Below, piece after piece: positions 58,241-64,000 of a DNA stretch of 64,000 bases; position 1 is the stretch's first letter, and the number at the start of each line of letters is the position of its first letter. The notes under the pieces were generated by a model. That model worked only from the letters and a program-made list of their open reading frames with translations, did no database searches and was not told where the DNA came from. The stretch comes from Minisyncoccota bacterium (GTDB lineage Bacteria > Patescibacteriota > Minisyncoccia > Phycocordibacterales > JABMNX01). The position numbers and the translations under genes were made by a program. The stretch lies in assembly GCA_026195275.1 (NCBI GenBank), contig JAPHQU010000003.1, positions 71,852 through 135,851 on the forward strand. Reading direction: 5' to 3'.

Positions 58241-58888
58241 TCACTCGAGGCGCTCAGCATCCTCGACATTAAACTCGCCAACTTTCGTACGGCGCAGGTC
58301 GTTGATAGTCGCGGGGTATCCGAGCTTACGACCAAGCTCTTCGGCAAGCGAGCGGATGTAGACACCACTTGCCACGTCAAACAGGATGCGCAAAGTCGCC
58401 CTTCCCGCACTCACCTCGATTTTCTCTAACTCGGCGCAATACACCTCCATGTCACGAAGCGGCGGGGTAACCTCTCTACCTGCGCGCGCCTCCTTGTAGA
58501 GACGCTTCCCACCCATCTTTACCGCTGAGTAAACAGGAACTGGAAGCCGCAACACACCAACCATACTTCTTAGAGCATTTTGCACATCTTCTTCTTTTAG
58601 ATATTCAACCGTCTTGCTCTCGATCACCTCCCCTTCCCTGTCTCCTGTGCTTCGCCGCTCCCCAACAAGCACGTCAGCAACATAAGTTTTAGGAAGCCCG
58701 ATCAGATCGTTGAGCTTCTTTGTCGCCTCCCCAACCCCAATCAGCATCAGACCACTTGCGAGCGGGTCGAGTGTCCCTGCATGCCCCATCTTCTTCACGC
58801 CGAGCCGCCTTCTGAGTCGTCTGATAACGTCAAATGAGGAGATGCCTCTTGGTTTATCAATAAGAAGGATGTTGTTTGTCTCTTCCAT
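58241..58888 (-). CDS. truB: tRNA pseudouridine(55) synthase (no PUA domain)
   Basis: IDKPRG.SS, GHAGTLDPLASG, YSAVK, SGVYIRSL. Confidence 0.95.
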   Translation of the reverse strand: MEETNNILLIDKPRGISSFDVIRRLRRRLGVKKMGHAGTLDPLASGLMLIGVGEATKKLNDLIGLPKTYVADVLVGERRSTGDREGEVIESKTVEYLKEEDVQNALRSMVGVLRLPVPVYSAVKMGGKRLYKEARAGREVTPPLRDMEVYCAELEKIEVSAGRATLRILFDVASGVYIRSLAEELGRKLGYPATINDLRRTKVGEFNVEDAERLE

Positions 58889-58889
58889 A

Positions 58890-59840
58890 CTATATATTCA
58901 TCATAATAAGAAAGAGGTATACAAAATAACTCAATACAAGAAGGATTCCTTCTCTGCGAGAAAGCACGCCGCGCTCGCCAGTGAAGAGCGCGAGAACTGC
59001 GACAACAACCGCAACGATGACAGCAATGATGATATCGAGCGCGATGTGTTCAATGACCGCAATTGGTTTAATGAGCCCTGTGATACCCAAGATACCAAGA
59101 AATCCGAATATATTTGAACCGATAATATTACCAACCGCGATTCCTTTCTGTCGTTTCATTAGTGCAACAAGCGAGACCGTCAACTCCGGAAGAGAGGTGC
59201 CGACACCGACCACAGTAAGCCCAATGATAACCGGCGACACCGAGAGAAAATGAGCTATCGCCTCAGCTCCAGAGACGACCCACTGACCACCAACGAAAAC
59301 TCCAATCATCCCCACAAAGAGCATCACTACTGAGGCAAATGTTGCAAACACCTGATAGTCTCCCTCGTCACCCTCAATTGCTTTGCGTTTAAGCATAAAG
59401 ACGAACCAGATCACGAATATTACAGAGAGCAGCACACCCTCGAGACGTGTGATCCCCACAAAATCTTGGTCACCCAGGATCGGCAACAGCACAACTAGCG
59501 AGGACGCAAAGACCGCACCAATATTAATGAAGATATCTTTATACCACTCCCGCCGTATAAAGATGGGAGAGAAGGCCGCTACCAATCCCAGAATGACGAG
59601 CAGATTGAAGGTGTTCCCGCCAATGATCGCCCCAATGCCGATATTGTTCCCCGCAAATGAAGATGAGATACTTACCGCAAGTTCAGGAATCGAAGTGCCA
59701 AGACCAACAATTACGATTCCAATGACCCATGAAGAGATCTTGAGGATGCGCGCAATCGAGACAGCACCACTAACGAGGATGCGCGCACTCGTGATAAGGA
59801 TCGCAAAACCAACAATAAAAAGTAGAAGTTCGAATGCCAT
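58890..59840 (-). CDS. Calcium/sodium antiporter (CaCA, YrbG-like)
   Basis: Two alpha repeats GTSIPEL and GTSLPEL, GNIIGSN. Confidence 0.92.
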   Translation of the reverse strand: MAFELLLFIVGFAILITSARILVSGAVSIARILKISSWVIGIVIVGLGTSIPELAVSISSSFAGNNIGIGAIIGGNTFNLLVILGLVAAFSPIFIRREWYKDIFINIGAVFASSLVVLLPILGDQDFVGITRLEGVLLSVIFVIWFVFMLKRKAIEGDEGDYQVFATFASVVMLFVGMIGVFVGGQWVVSGAEAIAHFLSVSPVIIGLTVVGVGTSLPELTVSLVALMKRQKGIAVGNIIGSNIFGFLGILGITGLIKPIAVIEHIALDIIIAVIVAVVVAVLALFTGERGVLSRREGILLVLSYFVYLFLIMMNI

Positions 59841-59924
59841 ATGCACCAAGTATAAAGTTAAAAGTTGGAAGTTGCTAGGCGGAGCCTGGTCCGATTTCAC
59901 CGAAAAAGTTGAAGCTGAAACAAA

Positions 59925-59951
59925 AAATCTTGACGTCCGACGTCAAGATTT
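59925..59951. repeat. 27-bp palindrome, copy 2 of the dispersed family
   Basis: AAATCTTGACGTC-C-GACGTCAAGATTT, the reverse complement of 26605-26631. Confidence 0.85.
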
Positions 59952-59979
59952 AATGAGAGCACGCCCAGGGAGACAGTGT

Positions 59980-60498
59980 TTAGTCTTTAACAACAAAGCG
60001 ATACGGTTTCTCCGTCCACTCCTCAGCAGAGCGGATACCGATACGTGGAGTACGTACGATATCATCTTTCTTGATCTTTACCCCCCGGTCTTCGACCCAC
60101 AGACCCGCGTCTTTACCCAACTGCTTCCTATTGAGTGTACGAGTGATACTCAGTTTTTTGGTAAGCCGCCCTGGTCCATTGATCTCTGAGACACCTCGAA
60201 TGAGGACCGCGGCCGGATACTCCAACGGCCCCGTAACAATATTGAGCATATAGTGCATGCCATACGTGAGGTACACATAAATAGTCCCCGCCTCACGGAA
60301 CATCACCTCGTTGCGCGCCGTCTTCCCACGATGAGCGTGCGACGCTTTATCCTCAAAACCATCGTACGCCTCGACTTCAGTGATCAGGTGCCTATATTCT
60401 TTCCCGCAGATCCTCCGCACCAAGATCTTTCCAAGGAGCTCCTCCGCCACAGTAGGTGTCGGACGTGCGAAGAATGTTGGTGTCAGTTCTTTATTCAT
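59980..60498 (-). CDS. 3-methyladenine DNA glycosylase (MPG/AAG family)
   Basis: ITEVEAY..DKASH, YVYLTYGMH, AVLIRG, GPGRL, PRIGI. Confidence 0.93.
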   Translation of the reverse strand: MNKELTPTFFARPTPTVAEELLGKILVRRICGKEYRHLITEVEAYDGFEDKASHAHRGKTARNEVMFREAGTIYVYLTYGMHYMLNIVTGPLEYPAAVLIRGVSEINGPGRLTKKLSITRTLNRKQLGKDAGLWVEDRGVKIKKDDIVRTPRIGIRSAEEWTEKPYRFVVKD

Positions 60499-60620
60499 GT
60501 GGATAGTATACACAGTATACACGCATTGACACCATACGGTATCGTGTTACTATACTTTAGTCACACGATAGGTGACATCCGCTACGGCGGTTTTTTGTTC
60601 TTTATGGAAAGGAGTTCGCA

Positions 60621-61295
60621 GTGAACGATCAAAATAGCATGCAGGGCGGCATCGGCGAGACAAAGCCGTTCCAACAGGTCATTCTTGACATGTTGGATCC
60701 AAAAAACAAGAACGAATATGCGGTCTCAACCGCACAAGGACTATTCCTTGCTCGCGCCGCGTTCGCGGCACTCACCACACACGTCTTTGCGACCGAGATA
60801 TCGGGTACTGAAGATCTGGAGAAGATACTCGCCTACCAAAGGATGGCGGCAGAAAATCTCCAGATCACCAGTGAGACACTCGATGCGGTGCTCGACATCA
60901 TCGAGTTCCGATCAAAAAGCAATGAGATCAACCTCAGCCTCCACCCGGCGCACCAGACTCTTGTGAAGATCCTGATGACGCTCGGTACCAAGGAGTGTCT
61001 GGTATCAGCAACCGCGCCAATCGTGGTGATGGGTGACGATGCGAAGAAAGGGGTGTTCAACACCCTTTGCGATCTCGTCACCAAAATGGACATACCCGGA
61101 TACGCGCAGCAAAGTCTTCTGGACGCACTCAACGAAAATGGTTGGCGTCTCGGCTTCAACCTGGACAACACACACTTGGTTTCTGCGACCGATTCGCTCA
61201 AACGGCGAATGGGCATCAACACGGAAGACACTGCTTCGGCCGACTTTGACGTCGTCTCGAGACAGCCGGATGCGGACAATATCGCGGCTCAATAA
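60621..61295 (+). CDS. Hypothetical helical protein (ORFan-like)
   Basis: 224-aa ORF, GTG start after AAGGAG, followed by a terminator. Confidence 0.6.
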   Translation: MNDQNSMQGGIGETKPFQQVILDMLDPKNKNEYAVSTAQGLFLARAAFAALTTHVFATEISGTEDLEKILAYQRMAAENLQITSETLDAVLDIIEFRSKSNEINLSLHPAHQTLVKILMTLGTKECLVSATAPIVVMGDDAKKGVFNTLCDLVTKMDIPGYAQQSLLDALNENGWRLGFNLDNTHLVSATDSLKRRMGINTEDTASADFDVVSRQPDADNIAAQ

Positions 61296-61334
61296 AAACT
61301 CCTTTCATTCACCCTCTTTCACAGAAGGTACACC

Positions 61335-61373
61335 CCGCCCACCGAGGTATTCTCGGTGGGCGGTTTCTTTTTT
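61335..61373 (+). terminator. Intrinsic terminator
   Basis: CCGCCCACCGAG-GTATT-CTCGGTGGGCGG followed by a T-rich run. Confidence 0.75.
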
Positions 61374-61397
61374 GATAGCATCTTTTGTATTATGTAG

Positions 61398-61551
61398 ATG
61401 AGTCGCCACCTCAATGAAGTCTCTTCATTGAGTGCTGGCGTCCTCGGAGGGGGCGGACTCGATCTGCTTGTGCATGCAACGTGCACACCCCGTAGCGACC
61501 GTTCTGCCCCCTCCACCCCACCCTTCCCGGCGTCCACACGCCGGGTTTTTT
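61398..61551 (+). ncRNA. Candidate structured small RNA, family not recognised
   Basis: Two long hairpins with G-U pairs on the + strand, ending in a CCCGGCGT/ACGCCGGG hairpin and a T-run. Confidence 0.35.
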
Positions 61552-61560
61552 ATTTTTAAC

Positions 61561-61578
61561 TGGTGACCCTACGGGGAA
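61561..61578 (-). repeat. Duplicate of tRNA-Glu 3' end, carrying CCA
   Basis: 61563-61578 identical to 61766-61781; minus strand reads TTCCCCGTAGGGTCACCA. Confidence 0.9.
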
Positions 61579-61766
61579 GGCGTCAGGTTTCTAAGCTCTC
61601 GCCACACCCCATAGGGTGTGGCAATCACTAAGAACCTCCTGCCCGGACTCGGCGACAAGCCTCCGCCTGCGGCGGATCTTGTATACCGCCTCCGTCTTTC
61701 GATTCCCCGTAGGTAACCCTGCAGACACTAAAAAGCCGATGCTTTGCATCGGTCTTTTAGTGTCTG

Positions 61767-61838
61767 TGACCCTACGGGGAATCGAACCCCGGTTTCATCC
61801 GTGAGAGGGATGTGTCCTAGCCGCTAGACGATAGGGCC
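61767..61838 (-). tRNA. tRNA-Glu (anticodon CTC), CCA not encoded
   Basis: GGCCCTATCGTCTAGCGGCTAGGACACATCCCTCTCACGGATGAAACCGGGGTTCGATTCCCCGTAGGGTCA folds to a cloverleaf; anticodon loop CT-CTC-AC. Confidence 0.95.
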
Positions 61839-62001
61839 TAATAGTACTGCTTTTATTCTGAGTGTCCAATGAGAGTTTGTGCATCTCACCCAGGACACAT
61901 CCCTCTACGAGGGCTTGCCCTATCGTCTCGTAAACATCGACGATTTCCTCGCGGTTGCGAGGAACCGGATGAAAAGCAAAGCAGTTTGCTTTTCATTCCA
62001 A

Positions 62002-62022
62002 TAGCCGCTAGACGATAGGGCC
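62002..62022 (-). repeat. Duplicate of tRNA-Glu 5' end (21 bp)
   Basis: Identical to 61818-61838. Confidence 0.92.
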
Positions 62023-62056
62023 AAATTTCAATGCCCCACATGTGTGAGGCATTGAT

Positions 62057-62085
62057 AGAATACTACATTTTTTTGGTCTTGGCAA
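62057..62085 (-). promoter_or_regulatory. Probable promoter of the tRNA-Glu locus
   Basis: TTGCCA-17 nt-TATTCT on the minus strand, about 35 nt upstream of the outer 5' duplicate. Confidence 0.5.
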
Positions 62086-62092
62086 AATAACC

Positions 62093-63373
62093 TTACCGCT
62101 TGAGCCATTCTGCCTCTTGTCGCACCAAGAGCTCTGGAGCCTGTTTGGGGTCTGCGAGAGCGGCTTTTACCGCTTTCTCAAGACGGATAGACTGCGACCC
62201 TTTTATGAACGCGACATCGCCCTTTTCAAGGACTCGCGCAAGCTCCTCCCCCGCCTGTGTCGCATTATCAAAGTGTAGTGCATTCTGTTCATTAAAACCA
62301 TGCTCAATGGCGCTCTTCATAATATCGCGCGCTCGGATACCGACAGTGATTAGTCGGTCGGCGCACTCAGGTATCATCTCACCGATCTTACGATGCTCTT
62401 TTACGGAATACGAACCGAGCTCGAGCATGTCACCAAGTACCGCAAATTTCCTTCCTGAGACAGAGAGTTTTCGTAAGACAGTGAGCCCCTCACTAAGAGC
62501 TGCTGGAGAAGAATTGTAACTATCATCGATAATGACTGACTTGCGGACTCCCTCAAGAACCTTCATGCGTCCTGCCGGGGTCTTGTGCTTCCCTGCCGCA
62601 TCCGCCATGGTCGCCATATCAAGCCCAAAAGAGGAACCCACCGCAAACGCGGCGAGGATCGGATAGATATGCTGCCTCCCAAGCGCGTCGTGAGTTACTA
62701 CCGGCACACTACTCCCCCGACTATCAACACGAAATGTCATCAATCGCTCATGGAGACGATATGTCTCGTGCGAAGCAAGAAATGTCGCGCCTGCTTCAAA
62801 ACCAAAAGTAGTGGTTGCGTGCCGGTGTTTTTCTCTGAACGCCATGACACGAGGGTCATCTCCGTTCAAAATTAGTGTGCCCTCAGGCTTGAGCGCATCA
62901 ACAAGATATTCTTTTTCGCGAACAACCTCCTCCGGAGAATCAAAATATTCAACATGCACCGGCACCTCCGGAAGTGCCGTTACCACCACCGCGTCTGGCT
63001 TAAGCCACTCGGTAATCTTCTGTATGTCGCCCGGTCGATCAGCGCCGACCTCGAGTACCAACCATTTCGGATAATGGTTTTTAAGTGCAATGAGCAGGAA
63101 TCCTTCGACGATATTCTTTGTCCAGAGAAGCGGATTATTCCACGCGTTACTACATCCGAGGATAGTAAGGGGTACGCCAATGTCACTATTAAAACTCTTC
63201 TCGCTCTTGCGCACAAAATGCTTCGCGCTCATTATCGAAAAAATCGCGTCTTTTGTTGACGTCTTCCCTACACTGCCCGTAACAGCGATGATCTTTGGTC
63301 GATACTTCTTCAGGACCAGTGTCGCCTCAAGACGCAAAATGACAACGATGATTTTTTTAAAGAATGATTTCAT
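62093..63373 (-). CDS. murF: UDP-MurNAc-tripeptide--D-Ala-D-Ala ligase
   Basis: AVTGSVGKTSTKD, DDSYNSSP, VLGDMLELG, IKGS. Confidence 0.92.
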   Translation of the reverse strand: MKSFFKKIIVVILRLEATLVLKKYRPKIIAVTGSVGKTSTKDAIFSIMSAKHFVRKSEKSFNSDIGVPLTILGCSNAWNNPLLWTKNIVEGFLLIALKNHYPKWLVLEVGADRPGDIQKITEWLKPDAVVVTALPEVPVHVEYFDSPEEVVREKEYLVDALKPEGTLILNGDDPRVMAFREKHRHATTTFGFEAGATFLASHETYRLHERLMTFRVDSRGSSVPVVTHDALGRQHIYPILAAFAVGSSFGLDMATMADAAGKHKTPAGRMKVLEGVRKSVIIDDSYNSSPAALSEGLTVLRKLSVSGRKFAVLGDMLELGSYSVKEHRKIGEMIPECADRLITVGIRARDIMKSAIEHGFNEQNALHFDNATQAGEELARVLEKGDVAFIKGSQSIRLEKAVKAALADPKQAPELLVRQEAEWLKR

Positions 63374-63392
63374 GTAGATATATTCATCCGCG

Positions 63393-64000
63393 CTACCGGT
63401 CCGGTGGGATATCATAATAATTGATCAGGAAATTCACCGTATCCATAAAGGGGTGTGTGAGTGTGTTCGACGCATAACGCACCTCCTTCGGCTCGATAGT
63501 AAATAGGAAGACTAGGAAACGGGCGTCATACGCCGGGAAATAGCCAAAAAATGAGTGGAGGTACCTATCACCATAGTACCCTCCCTCCTCAGGGTTCGCA
63601 ATTTGCGCAGTACCGGTCTTCGCGGCGACACTATAGTTGTCTAGGGCAACTGTCCCGCCAAGAAGTGCCTCGTCAACAACCCGAACGAGCATGCGAGTGA
63701 TCTCTTCGGATGTACTATTTTTTATGACATAGGTATCGTCGACGTGACTCACTTTCTTAGAGAGTCCGGTCCGATAACGTACCTCCTTGACCAGATGCGG
63801 GGTCGCTAATCTCCCCCCATTTGCAAGCGTCCCTAATGCGCGCACAGTCGCGATGGGAGTCATTGCAATTCCTTGCCCAAACGACGCAGTTGCATACTCG
63901 ATGGTGCGAGGGCTCTTAAGGTTTCCTATCAACCCGACCCCCTCGCCCGGAAGATCGATCCCTGTCTCTTCACCAATTCCATAGCCGAGGAAATACTCGC
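63393..64000 (-). CDS. Class B penicillin-binding protein (FtsI-like), 5' part outside window
   Basis: TGIDLPGE, SFGQG, AKTGTAQ; frame open to the window edge. Confidence 0.9.
   Translation of the reverse strand, partial: EYFLGYGIGEETGIDLPGEGVGLIGNLKSPRTIEYATASFGQGIAMTPIATVRALGTLANGGRLATPHLVKEVRYRTGLSKKVSHVDDTYVIKNSTSEEITRMLVRVVDEALLGGTVALDNYSVAAKTGTAQIANPEEGGYYGDRYLHSFFGYFPAYDARFLVFLFTIEPKEVRYASNTLTHPFMDTVNFLINYYDIPPDR

Noticed and set aside
59841-59979. yybP-ykoY riboswitch upstream of the Ca/Na antiporter
   Set aside because: The conserved GGGGAGUA-type motif is absent; the region is explained by the palindrome and a -10 box close to the ATG
61561-62022. Group I intron in the tRNA, or a classical genomic island
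   Set aside because: The anticodon loop is uninterrupted, I could not identify group I core elements, the spacers are only about 200 bp and no integrase is present
1-64000. Alternative genetic code (TGA read as Gly, as in Gracilibacteria/Absconditabacteria)
   Set aside because: Core genes are full length under code 11 and leuS ends at TGA at its expected C-terminus

Overview
64 kb of core chromosome from a small-genome bacterium, most likely Candidate Phyla Radiation/Patescibacteria (Parcubacteria-like). That placement is an inference from gene content: short uL13, AlaRS without C-Ala, archaeal-type AspRS, many CPR-type hypotheticals and almost no metabolic genes. Standard genetic code (TGA used as stop). 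Contents: ychF; leuS, alaS, trpS, aspS, gltX, cysS; the infA-rpmJ-rpsM-rpsK-rpsD-rpoA-rplQ-rplM-rpsI block; grpE-dnaK-dnaJ; scpAB; cell-wall genes (mltG, D,D-carboxypeptidase, mraY, ftsW, murG, murF, a PBP, M23 and S41 peptidases); DNA repair and replication genes (ung, ogt-like, mpg, recR, dnaB, rmuC); cation transporters; one tRNA-Glu(CTC). I found no CRISPR array, rRNA, transposase or prophage. The most unusual structure is the tRNA-Glu locus (61561-62085). The tRNA sits between exact duplicates of its own 5' end (21 bp) and 3' end (16 bp; only the outer copy carries CCA). The two ~200-bp spacers are hairpin-rich and carry segments antisense to the tRNA. Also notable: a NUDIX domain inserted in LeuRS, an FtsA-like plus baseplate-J-like gene pair, dispersed palindromes, and a leaderless-type promoter layout on core genes versus Shine-Dalgarno sites on ORFans. 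All family assignments come from motif recognition by eye, not database searches.
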